Made by a program: the position numbers and the translations under genes. From Acidimicrobiaceae bacterium (GTDB lineage Bacteria > Actinomycetota > Acidimicrobiia > Acidimicrobiales > Aldehydirespiratoraceae): a stretch of 64,000 bases of DNA. Below are positions 37,247 to 45,762 of this stretch, in pieces (position 1 is the first letter of the stretch; every line of letters starts with the position of its first letter). The stretch spans positions 12 through 64,011 of the forward strand of contig VYBO01000130.1 of NCBI GenBank assembly GCA_009844405.1. The letters are read 5' to 3'. The notes below the pieces were generated by a model. It was not told the DNA's origin. It ran no database searches and saw only the letters and a list, made by a program, of their open reading frames with translations.

Positions 37247-38215
37247 ATGGTCGAGCTGGCTTGCATGGTGATGCCCGAGGGACCGGTCGCTGAGGTGGTG
37301 AACGCAGCGGTGGCGGCCGAGGAGCTGGGGTGCAGCCGGGTGTGGATCCCCGACGAGGGTCTGGCGGCCAGGGAGTGCTGGGTGACCTTGGGCGCGGTCG
37401 CTGCGGCCACAAGCTCCGTCGAGGTCGGCACCGGCATCACCAACGCCTACACCCGCCATCCGGGCATGACCGCCGCCGCGGTCGCCACGCTGGACGAGGC
37501 GTCCGGTGGGCGGGCCGCGCTGGGGATCGGAGCGGGCGGCGCCCTCACGCTCACCGCGCTGGCGATCGAGCGGCGGGCGCCGATCGCGGCCATGCGGGAG
37601 TTGGTGACGACCAGCCGGGCGCTGTGGTCGGGCGAGACCGTCGACCACACCGGCGTTGCCGGCGGGTTCCGCCGGGCCCGTCTCGGCTACGGCCGGCCCG
37701 ACATCGGTGTCTGGCTGGCCGGGCGCGGTCCGAGGGTGATGCGTCTGGCGGGAGAGTTGGCCGACGGCTTCATCCTGTCGTTCGTCCACAAGGAGCTTAT
37801 CGGCGAGCACATCGGGGCGATCCGGGCGGCGGCCGGCGAGCACGGCCGTCGGGGTCCGAGGCTGTGCTACATGACCATCCTGGCCACGACGGACAGGGCC
37901 CGCGAGGCGGCCCGGGCGGCCCTGACGTTCCGTCTCGTGGATTCCCCCGACCACGTCAAGGCCCGGATCGGCCTAGACGCCCAGACCGAGGCCGCCATCC
38001 GCCGGGGCCTCTCCGAGGGCGGGCCGGCCGCCGCGGCCCGCTTCGTGCTCGACGGCTGGGTCGACGCCTTCGTGATCTCGGGCTCGGTGGACGAGTGCCG
38101 GTCCGAGCTGAACGCGCTGGTGGACGCCCACGGGATCGACGAGTTCCAGGTGTCGGTCAACGATCTCGGCACTGCGGCCGAGGACCTGGCCCTAGCCGCC
38201 CAGATCACCCGCTGA
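37247..38215 (+). CDS. LLM-class (luciferase-like) flavin/F420-dependent oxidoreductase
   Basis: ..LGCSRVWIPDEG.., ..TGITNAYTRHP.., ..LGIGAGG.. are typical of luciferase-like monooxygenase family proteins. Only the last 322 aa of the 36173..38215 ORF look coding. Confidence 0.7.
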   Translation: MVELACMVMPEGPVAEVVNAAVAAEELGCSRVWIPDEGLAARECWVTLGAVAAATSSVEVGTGITNAYTRHPGMTAAAVATLDEASGGRAALGIGAGGALTLTALAIERRAPIAAMRELVTTSRALWSGETVDHTGVAGGFRRARLGYGRPDIGVWLAGRGPRVMRLAGELADGFILSFVHKELIGEHIGAIRAAAGEHGRRGPRLCYMTILATTDRAREAARAALTFRLVDSPDHVKARIGLDAQTEAAIRRGLSEGGPAAAARFVLDGWVDAFVISGSVDECRSELNALVDAHGIDEFQVSVNDLGTAAEDLALAAQITR

Positions 38216-38332
38216 ACGCGGCGGTTCGGTCCATACTCCGCTCAACCAGTCGACGCCGCCGGTGTTCTGAACGGTCGGTGCGAGACGCGCAGGGAGGGCC
38301 GCACATGATCTCACCCGACGACCGAGCCGAAC

Positions 38333-39304
38333 TCATGGAGCCCTATTGTCCAGTCCGACGAGGTTGTGGCTGGTGGCGACGAGTTGCCGGGCGGCTTCCA
38401 TGTTCTTGGCGTTCGGGTTCGGGGTCTCCATGGGCCAGCCGCCGGCCCGGCACTCCTTGTCGCGGTAGAGGATGCTCCACTGGCTGAAGTAGGCGCCGGA
38501 GTGCTGGGGGGCGTCGTCCGACAACAGGCAGTGGAGTGTGGTCTGGGCCGACTCCTCGCTGCTGTCGGACACCAGCCGGGTCAACGGGCGCATGATCGCC
38601 ATGGCGATGCGCATCGGCAGGCTGGCGCCCGACCCGAAGTTGGAACGGGCCCATCCGGGGTGGAGGGAGAATGCCGAGACGCCGGTGCCCGCCAGCCGCT
38701 CGCCGAGTTCCTTGGCGTATAGGACCGTCGCCACTTTCGCCTCGCAGTAGGCGCGCATGTTGTTGAAGTCGCGCCGCTCGAAGTTGAGGTCGTCGAGTAC
38801 CACTTGCGGCCGGTTCCTGGGGCTTCCGGCGTGGACGACCGACGACACGATCGCCATTCGCGAGGGCGCGGTCGCCCGGAGCGCGTCGAGGAGGAGTTCG
38901 GTCAGCAGGAAGTGGCCGAAGTAGCTCACTGCGATGGTCGACTCGAACCCGTCCTTGGTGCGCTGGAGGTCACCGCGCATGTTCACCATGCCGGCGTTGC
39001 ACGCCAGCCCGTCGAGACGGTCGTGCTTGGCGGTGAACGCGGCGACGAACTCGCGAACCGACTGGAGGTCAGCGAGATCGAGCGGCATGACCTCATGCGT
39101 TCCGCGGAGGCCGGCGAAGCTCCGAGCCGCATCCTCGCCGGCCTCGATCCGGCGGCAGGCCATCACCACATGGCCTGCCTGCTTCACGAGCTGGCGGGCG
39201 GTCTCGAGGCCGATGCCGGAGTTCGCGCCGGTGACGATGTAGGTCTTGCCGGCGAGGTCCTTAGAACGGGTCGCCTCATCGATTGCAAGCTTCTTCCGCG
39301 CCAT
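38333..39304 (-). CDS. SDR-family oxidoreductase (retinol-dehydrogenase-like)
   Basis: KTYIVTGANSGIGLETA (TGxxxGxG), NAG, and YCEAKVA (YxxxK). Confidence 0.8.
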   Translation of the reverse strand: MARKKLAIDEATRSKDLAGKTYIVTGANSGIGLETARQLVKQAGHVVMACRRIEAGEDAARSFAGLRGTHEVMPLDLADLQSVREFVAAFTAKHDRLDGLACNAGMVNMRGDLQRTKDGFESTIAVSYFGHFLLTELLLDALRATAPSRMAIVSSVVHAGSPRNRPQVVLDDLNFERRDFNNMRAYCEAKVATVLYAKELGERLAGTGVSAFSLHPGWARSNFGSGASLPMRIAMAIMRPLTRLVSDSSEESAQTTLHCLLSDDAPQHSGAYFSQWSILYRDKECRAGGWPMETPNPNAKNMEAARQLVATSHNLVGLDNRAP

Positions 39305-39543
39305 GATGATCTCCTTTCTAGTCGTCACCGCTGGCGAGTTCGAACTCCCCAGGAATCCGCTCAATGAGTCCTACAAGTTGCCACAGTCATGCGTGGGGCG
39401 TGACTTGACAGGGCGTCAGTTGACGCCACAGTGGGATGACAGCGCCGGGACGGTTGCACCAGGCGCGTATGCTCGCCACGGTGAATAATCCCTACTGATA
39501 GATCTAGTTGTGAATGAAGCACCGCTCAAGGAGGAGGCACACC

Positions 39544-39759
39544 ATGGGAGACACCCGCACTACGACCATCCGCCAAGACGCCCAGCAGGCCGCTGAACTC
39601 GACGCCGTCGCCCGGGTTGACGGCGTGTCCACGTCGGAGGCGATCCGTGCCGCCATCGCTGAGCACATCGAGAAGCGGCGGCGCGACCCTGCCTTCCAGG
39701 AGCGGCTCCAGCGCATCCTCGAAGAGGAGCGCGTTGTGATCGAGCGGCTCGCCCAGTAA
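39544..39759 (+). CDS. Ribbon-helix-helix (CopG/antitoxin-like) DNA-binding protein
   Basis: 71-aa protein ..TTIRQDAQQAAELDAVARVDGVSTSEAIRAAIAEHI... AGGAGG RBS about 7 nt upstream of the ATG. No partner ORF is seen. Confidence 0.55.
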   Translation: MGDTRTTTIRQDAQQAAELDAVARVDGVSTSEAIRAAIAEHIEKRRRDPAFQERLQRILEEERVVIERLAQ

Positions 39760-39809
39760 CAAGACGGTGTTGATCACACCGGAAGTAGGCTCTGAACAGG
39801 GATCTTGGG

Positions 39810-39853
39810 AGCCCGAGACAGGAGTCGAACCTGCGACCTGCTGTTTACAAGAC
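39810..39853 (-). repeat. Partial duplicate of tRNA-Thr(TGT): anticodon arm to 3' end (att-like direct repeat, distal copy)
   Basis: The 44 nt AGCCCGAGACAGGAGTCGAACCTGCGACCTGCTGTTTACAAGAC are identical to 55048-55091 inside the intact tRNA gene. Confidence 0.85.
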
Positions 39854-39999
39854 GCAAGAAGCAGGTGTCGGCCAGTATCAGCCCGTACCAGAAAGTACGT
39901 CTGACGTCGGCTTTCGCGATCCGGCCGTGTCAGCGAGTGCCTGTGGATATCGCCCAGTTTCTAACTGTACGTTAGAAGATCCGTTAGAAGACTCGGCCC
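39850..39999 (+). repeat. ~150-bp island-arm repeat, left copy
   Basis: AGACGCAAGAAGCAGGTGTCGGCCAGTATCAGCCCGTACC...TTCTAACTGTACGTTAGAAGATCCGTTAGAAGA is roughly 90% identical by eye to 54834-54982. It contains three GTTAGAA motifs, one of them inverted. Confidence 0.85.
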
Positions 40000-40294
40000 A
40001 TGGATCAGCCATGCAGCAGCTGTCGGAGTCGACATCCGTGCCAGCACGCGAGCGTGCTCATGTGCTTTGACGCGGTTGCTCGGAAGTGATAGAACGATGT
40101 CAACCCCGCCGGGGTGAGTAGCCCCGGCCCTCGGCTTCGGCCGGGGCCGTCTAGTCCCTTCGGGAACCCGTAGCGCTCGGGTCCTCTCTCGGTCGTCCTG
40201 CGGGAACGACGGGCTACCCCGGCACGGGCGATCCGCTCATGCCTTCACCGCAGGTGGGCCTCGATCAGTTTGTCAGGGGCGGTGCCCTAGTACG

Positions 40295-41077
40295 TTGCAC
40301 GACGCGATGGCTGCGCAACCACTTGGCCCGTTTGGATCTTTGGGCGACGTGCGGCGTGCCGGCGAGGTGTTGCGCCAGGCACAGGCCAGCGAGGGCAACC
40401 TGCCCTCGATTGAGGAAGTCCGCGATGCCCGTGAGGTTGTCGAGGCGTATCGGTCTGCTCATGCTGCGCCCTTGCATGCCGCCTACATGGGGATGCGATC
40501 ATGCCTGACCACCGAGGGCTTCTATGTCGATCTCTTCAATCTCGACGTCTCGCGGCGGCTCAAGAGGCTGCCCACCATCGAGGACAAGCTCCGGCGGCTC
40601 CCCACGATGGACCTGTCGACCATGCAGGACATCGGAGGTTGCCGGGCCGTTCTCAACACCCAAGATCAGGTCCAACGGGTCGTAGAGCGATTCTGTGCCA
40701 ACAGCCTCAGACGAAACCGACGGCCCGACAGGATCAGAGACTACGTGGCCGAGCCTCAAGACTCCGGTTACCGGGCCATCCACATCTACACGAGGTACCA
40801 CGGCCGGCGGATCGAGGTGCAGCTCCGCACCCGAGAACAGGACAGCTGGGCCAAGATCGTGGAGGACTTGACCAGCAAGACCGGCATCGACTTCAAGAAC
40901 GGCGACGGTCCCGATGAGGTTCACGAAATGCTCCGGGCACTGTCGCAGCTCCTGTCTCAGCGAGAGCCGGGAGAGCCATACTCGAAGGAACTCATGGGCG
41001 TTCTCACCCGGCTGGCTCTGGTGGCAACGGCCGGCCTTGCTGTAGGGTCTCATCACCGAAGAACAAGGGAGGACTGA
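40295..41077 (+). CDS. RelA/SpoT-domain nucleotide pyrophosphokinase (small alarmone synthetase, toxSAS-like)
   Basis: Synthetase-fold motifs MQDIGGCRAVL, ..SGYRAIHIY.., ..IEVQLRTREQDSWAKIVE... No HD hydrolase, TGS or ACT domains. 260 aa. Confidence 0.75.
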   Translation: MHDAMAAQPLGPFGSLGDVRRAGEVLRQAQASEGNLPSIEEVRDAREVVEAYRSAHAAPLHAAYMGMRSCLTTEGFYVDLFNLDVSRRLKRLPTIEDKLRRLPTMDLSTMQDIGGCRAVLNTQDQVQRVVERFCANSLRRNRRPDRIRDYVAEPQDSGYRAIHIYTRYHGRRIEVQLRTREQDSWAKIVEDLTSKTGIDFKNGDGPDEVHEMLRALSQLLSQREPGEPYSKELMGVLTRLALVATAGLAVGSHHRRTRED

Positions 41078-41361
41078 TGGCTAAGCGCAAGACCATTGAC
41101 TTCCTCATCGTGTACGACCATGACGCAAGGAAGCAGATCAGCCTCGAGGAGTTCCGCAACACGGCTCAAGCGCTCAAGGCCTACAGTGAACGCGAAGAGC
41201 AATACCGCGACAACCACCGATTGGAGGTCGTCCTGCTGGGTGCCGACTCCATAGAAGCCATCAAGGTCACTCACTCCAACTACTTCGAGGACACAGCCGA
41301 CGCCCTCGACGACCTGCTCGCCAGCCTCGGGCCCGAACCGATCCCGGCTGTTGGGCCCTAG
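41077..41361 (+). CDS. Small acidic protein, candidate cognate antitoxin of the RelA/SpoT-domain protein
   Basis: 94-aa ORF whose ATG overlaps the upstream TGA (TGATG), with a GGGAGGA RBS inside the upstream gene. No recognisable motif. Confidence 0.5.
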   Translation: MAKRKTIDFLIVYDHDARKQISLEEFRNTAQALKAYSEREEQYRDNHRLEVVLLGADSIEAIKVTHSNYFEDTADALDDLLASLGPEPIPAVGP

Positions 41362-41446
41362 GACCTCTCCGCTGGCCCCACGCTGAGCGCGTCGCAAGAA
41401 GCCGGAGAGCTGGTCCGCCGATTCGCACGACGGTCTGAGTTTCTCC

Positions 41447-41482
41447 TTGTTCTGTGTTCCTGTACACAAGAACACAGAACAA
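41447..41482. terminator. Bidirectional hairpin between convergent genes
   Basis: Perfect 13-bp inverted repeat TTGTTCTGTGTTC-(10 nt)-GAACACAGAACAA, between the + strand pair (ends 41361) and the - strand giant gene (ends 41595). Confidence 0.5.
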
Positions 41483-41594
41483 CATCGATCGTCCGCGGCT
41501 GAGGTTCAGGATCGTCACCTCGGGAGCGCATGCCTTGCGCAGTGAAGGCCCTACGAGCTATCCCAGGCGAGGACTCTCGCCCCCGGTCGGCTGG

Positions 41595-44500
41595 CTAGTC
41601 CTCAGCAGACTGAGATTCGAGGATGACAGCGACACCGCCTGGGTCGATGTCCCACTCCAGCGCGAGGTAGCGGGCACCTACCATCGCGTCGAACTCAGCA
41701 ACGCCGCCGCCCTCCCGCAGCCCGGTTGCGATTTGCTTGGCGAAACAAGGCTCAGTGCTCGTCCCCTCAAGTTCCGACTGGACTCTGTCCGCGGTCATAG
41801 CAAGAAGGTCGAGTAGATCCCTGACGAACGGGTCGTCAGGGATGTCGTTCAATTGCTCATATGCCGTTGCGAACTCCGATGTGGCCGACTCAACGACAGC
41901 AAGGACAATCTCGTGGGACTGCTGTTCATCTGGCAGTTGGGAGATGCCCGACAGTGCTTGTAGGGCATGCTGGCACTGATCGAATAGGTTCGCGAGAGGG
42001 CTGGGATGTGCAGCGGGCAGCATTTCAAGACCTTCAGGATTGGGGAACGGCCACAGGTTGCCGACGAGCTTTGTAGCCAGGCTTGGAGCCGGTCGGCCAT
42101 CGCGCAGCGGAACGAAGACGAAGGTTTCCTCCACTGGTCGGTCCGCGCCGAGCGCCTCCTCAAGGCTGGCGACAGCGGCTGGCCAATCGAGTAGGGAAGC
42201 GACATCGACTGACACCAAGTACTCGGCGAAGCCTGCGTGTTCGCGATCGACGTGGCGGATCGTGGCTGCTAGACCGGTCTCTCGAAGGGTGGCTTGGACA
42301 GCAGGGCGCCTAGTCTGATTGCGGCGGCGCTCAAGCTGCCTACAAGTCTGGGCAGCGCGCTGCAGCGCACGGGCTGGCGTCCCCGATTGCGCGCTGCGTC
42401 TGATGCGAGCCACATCGGCATCGGCTTCTGCGAGTTCATTGATCACAGCGTGCAGGTCCAGCAGCGTTGAACGGAGCGAGTCGAGACAAGGTGGATGGTC
42501 CTCAACTCCCATGAGATGCCATGGCTGGCCGATTGCACCCTGCAGGTGCTTCTCAAGGACGGTGTCACTGATGTAGGCCGCCAGCGCTCGATATCCATCT
42601 GGGTTGGTAAGCCGCTGGAACACATTGCCGGTCAAGTCGGTGATGAGGGCGGACAGGTCGTCGGCCTTGTCGTTCGGCCTCTCGTCGGACATAGCAATGT
42701 CACCGAGTTGCGCGGGCCCTGATGCCGGGCGAAGTGCACGGCCGCCTTCGTGCAGTTCCGCGAGTTGCGTGTTCAGCCCTTGGAGATCGCGCTCCTCCCC
42801 GGCCACGAATCCGTTGCCGAGGCGCAGGGTGAGACTGGCGGCACGCTCAAGCAGGGGGAGCGCTTCGGAGAGTCGCGTGGTGTCGGCTGCACCGAGAAGC
42901 GACTGCGCCGCTTGAAGGCGGACTTGATTCCAGGCGCGAGCTGCCGACGTGTGGTCATACTGGCGCCTAAGGCGGCTGATTCCATGCGTGTGACCGCCAA
43001 TTGTCAGTGGCAAGCCTCCCGGCCAGAGTGCCTGGACATCGACGCTCTCGATGTGCGGGAGGCAGCGCAACAGCAAGCGTCCGAGCGCGATCGCTTCCTC
43101 GCCCGCGTCGGGCTGAGCCGAATCCGACGTGTGAAGGAAGCGGCAGTAGCCGACGGTCTCGCCGTCAACCGAGCGGGTGTCCAATTCCATTATCCACGGG
43201 TTTTCTGCGCGGATCCTTCTGATGACGGCGGACTCACGACCGAGCAACTCGACGAGGTGCGCTGCTAGCTGCGGTTCGCAGTTGCGCGCTGTCGCAACGC
43301 ACGTGGCCAACCCGTCCACCGAAGCGGCTCGAAGGCTCACTCCAAAGGAGGACCTGGAGACCAGGGCGTTGCGAAGAGCTACAGATAGTTCCGGTGGGCT
43401 TCCTTCCATTACCTCAAGCAGTCGGGTTGCTCGAACTAGGGAACTCTCAGATGCAACCAGGTCGGCCACCTCGGCGTGGCCTATCGCAGCTACCAGATCG
43501 TCCCTGGACCTCCGTTCGACAGCAGAGTCCATTGCCTCACGTGCAGCCCGAAGCTCCGCGGGAAAGAAGTCGGGGAATTCGAGTCCCGCAGCTGCGAACA
43601 GGACAAGGACTGGCTGGCTTGATGCCGGCACTCCGTGTTGCTCCGCGATCTGCTTCCACTCTCTCGCACGGTCGTAGAAGTCAGCGAGTCGAAGGCCTTG
43701 CCCGACCCCAACTAAGCGCTCCGGATCTACCGGACCGGCAGTCTCGGCTTCGATGACGACTTGGCGGGCGTCGGGTATGTCGGCGAGCATCGACGCTACG
43801 AATCGATGTAGCTGTGGTGTGGGAATCAGACGGACCACTCGTCTCACGCTCTCTGTGAGTTGCGGTGGGGGTAGCCGATGGATGGCATTGCACAGAGCGA
43901 TCGAACGGAGCCGGTGCAGACCCCCGATCTCTCCTTCCCGCTCAACAATGAGGTGCTCCGCGACAAGACGGCTCAGCGCCGCGCGGGTTTGGAGGCCGGT
44001 CAATTCGCACGCATGGGCAAGCGCGGTCGTTGAGATTCGTGCGGACCACCGATCCGCGACCGAGGTCAGGGCGAGAATGTCAAGCTCGTTGTGTCGTCCT
44101 TCGTCAATGCGTCGGCGGACCTGTTCGTCGATGACGTCGCCAAGCCGGTTCCCTCGGGTGAGCAGGTGTGTGAACTCAAGCGTCAGCCCGCGCGACGCTT
44201 CGAAGGCCTCCATCCAGTGGGCAGCACCGGTCGCTTGACGCCGAACCAGCCCGTTGAAGATCGTCTCTGCGGCTGCTTCGTCAAGACGCACATCGATGGA
44301 GGCGCACATCGAGAGGTCGCCAAGCACAAAGAGATCCTCAGCTCGCGCTGTCGCAACGAGAAGCAGGCCGGGCAGCGCTGCCGCTGCGGAGCGGAGTTCC
44401 GCCCAGCCCGTCAGGTCAGCGGTGCCAGCTGCATCAATCAGGAATCCGACGGGTCTATCGTGGGCCACTCCATAAGCCCGAGCGAGCCGGATGAGGTGAT

Positions 44501-45629
44501 GGACATCGCGAGCTGACAGGCGCTTGATGCGGAACCAGAGCACGCCAGGGAGCGCTAAAGGGATGGTCCACAGGACAGCGCTCTTGCCGACACCCGACGG
44601 CCCTGCGATTACTGCTGCTGAGCGATCATCCAGCCCGGATAGGACTTCAGCGACGAGCTCCGGGCGTGGGACCACAAGATTCGATGCGACATGAAACGGC
44701 TGCGTGGCCATGCCTTCGTAGTACCGGTCATCCCCTGGCTGCGACGCTGGGTACTCAAGGGTCTCGCACATCCCCTGCCGTATCGCGAACTCGAGAGACT
44801 CAAGGTCGAGATGAGCGACGACCTGCTCGATCGTGCTAACGGCCGCGGTTCGGTCGAGCCGCCGACGGGCCTCGTAGCTCGCCGTCGCGTTTGCGTCCGC
44901 GGCGTCTGCCACATCCGAGCACAGTTGCCGAGCAACGAGCCTCAGCGCCGAGGGTGGTAGGTCCCACTGACTGCGAATGTGAGTAACCGTCGCGGCCAAG
45001 ACTTCTGCTCTGCTGGCCCCGAGGACGACTGTCGTGGCCAGCAGTTCCGATAGGTCGCGCCGGCTCATGCCATGACTCGTCGCTCTTGTTGCCAGATTCG
45101 TCACGAGCGGGGACCCATCGTTCATGCGGTCCGCCAGTGAAGTGCCGAGATCATCTAGCCCGTTGAGGTCTTCCTCGCCCGTCACGCCGCGTTCGAGCAC
45201 GACGATTAGGGCCGCGCCCCGGTGCCCTCTAGAAGCGTGCCGCTCCCAGGCATCGAGAATGTGCCTGCTAGCCGTAGACGGCGGGAACTTGTCAAGATGC
45301 TCGACCCTCGACTTGACCTGGACGTGGCGCGGCTCGTCGCCTTCTAGCGACAAGTCTTCGAAGCCCTCAGGAACGAGCCATGTAGGTCCGATCCCGCATG
45401 CAAGTCGGGCAGCTAGCCAGGCACCCACCTCATCCTGAAAGTGGAAGCCGCGCCCCGAGCGGGCGCCAGATCTTGATTTCGACCACTGGCTGACCAGCAA
45501 CTCGCCATTGGAGTCCTCGTCCACTTCAACAGGCCGAGTCTCGCAGGGAGCGCTCTCGATCGGCTTTCGAGTCGGCGTCTTCCTTGGTCGGGAGCCCTTC
45601 CCGCGGCGCTTAGCCCGCTTCTTCGCCAT
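41595..45629 (-). CDS. 1344-aa protein: N-terminal Cap4-type (DUF4297-like) PD-(D/E)xK nuclease + P-loop NTPase + long helical C-terminal region (Avs/STAND-like architecture)
   Basis: N-terminus: ..GRGFHFQDEVGAWLAARL..LVPEGFEDLSLEG..RHVQVKSR.. (GxxFQ...E-x-ED...QxK). Walker A VIAGPSGVGKSAVLW at ~aa 340, Walker-B-like RPVGFLIDAAG, then ~900 aa of Leu/Ala-rich helical sequence. Confidence 0.7.
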   Translation of the reverse strand: MAKKRAKRRGKGSRPRKTPTRKPIESAPCETRPVEVDEDSNGELLVSQWSKSRSGARSGRGFHFQDEVGAWLAARLACGIGPTWLVPEGFEDLSLEGDEPRHVQVKSRVEHLDKFPPSTASRHILDAWERHASRGHRGAALIVVLERGVTGEEDLNGLDDLGTSLADRMNDGSPLVTNLATRATSHGMSRRDLSELLATTVVLGASRAEVLAATVTHIRSQWDLPPSALRLVARQLCSDVADAADANATASYEARRRLDRTAAVSTIEQVVAHLDLESLEFAIRQGMCETLEYPASQPGDDRYYEGMATQPFHVASNLVVPRPELVAEVLSGLDDRSAAVIAGPSGVGKSAVLWTIPLALPGVLWFRIKRLSARDVHHLIRLARAYGVAHDRPVGFLIDAAGTADLTGWAELRSAAAALPGLLLVATARAEDLFVLGDLSMCASIDVRLDEAAAETIFNGLVRRQATGAAHWMEAFEASRGLTLEFTHLLTRGNRLGDVIDEQVRRRIDEGRHNELDILALTSVADRWSARISTTALAHACELTGLQTRAALSRLVAEHLIVEREGEIGGLHRLRSIALCNAIHRLPPPQLTESVRRVVRLIPTPQLHRFVASMLADIPDARQVVIEAETAGPVDPERLVGVGQGLRLADFYDRAREWKQIAEQHGVPASSQPVLVLFAAAGLEFPDFFPAELRAAREAMDSAVERRSRDDLVAAIGHAEVADLVASESSLVRATRLLEVMEGSPPELSVALRNALVSRSSFGVSLRAASVDGLATCVATARNCEPQLAAHLVELLGRESAVIRRIRAENPWIMELDTRSVDGETVGYCRFLHTSDSAQPDAGEEAIALGRLLLRCLPHIESVDVQALWPGGLPLTIGGHTHGISRLRRQYDHTSAARAWNQVRLQAAQSLLGAADTTRLSEALPLLERAASLTLRLGNGFVAGEERDLQGLNTQLAELHEGGRALRPASGPAQLGDIAMSDERPNDKADDLSALITDLTGNVFQRLTNPDGYRALAAYISDTVLEKHLQGAIGQPWHLMGVEDHPPCLDSLRSTLLDLHAVINELAEADADVARIRRSAQSGTPARALQRAAQTCRQLERRRNQTRRPAVQATLRETGLAATIRHVDREHAGFAEYLVSVDVASLLDWPAAVASLEEALGADRPVEETFVFVPLRDGRPAPSLATKLVGNLWPFPNPEGLEMLPAAHPSPLANLFDQCQHALQALSGISQLPDEQQSHEIVLAVVESATSEFATAYEQLNDIPDDPFVRDLLDLLAMTADRVQSELEGTSTEPCFAKQIATGLREGGGVAEFDAMVGARYLALEWDIDPGGVAVILESQSAED

Positions 45630-45762
45630 ATCGCGATGGTTGCAGTGACCTATGACACTTGCCGGAATCGCCCCGATCGGGAAGCGCGCGGCCTCCAGAA
45701 GATCCCAAAGGATGGGTGCTCACCGATGGATGCTCTCGTCTCATTGGATCGCCTCACAGGAC

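Noticed and set aside
36173-38215. 680-aa + strand ORF, and the 561-aa minus ORF 36269..37954
   Set aside because: Each contains a real gene only at its 3' end (LLM oxidoreductase from 37247; SDR from 37033). The remainder is antisense to the neighbouring gene or runs through the intergenic repeat element.
39544-39804. RHH gene as the antitoxin of a TA pair whose toxin was displaced by island integration
   Set aside because: Integration occurred within the tRNA 3' part, so the sequence left of 39805 should be the original tRNA-downstream flank. There is no toxin fragment between 39759 and 39805, so it is more simply a stand-alone RHH regulator.
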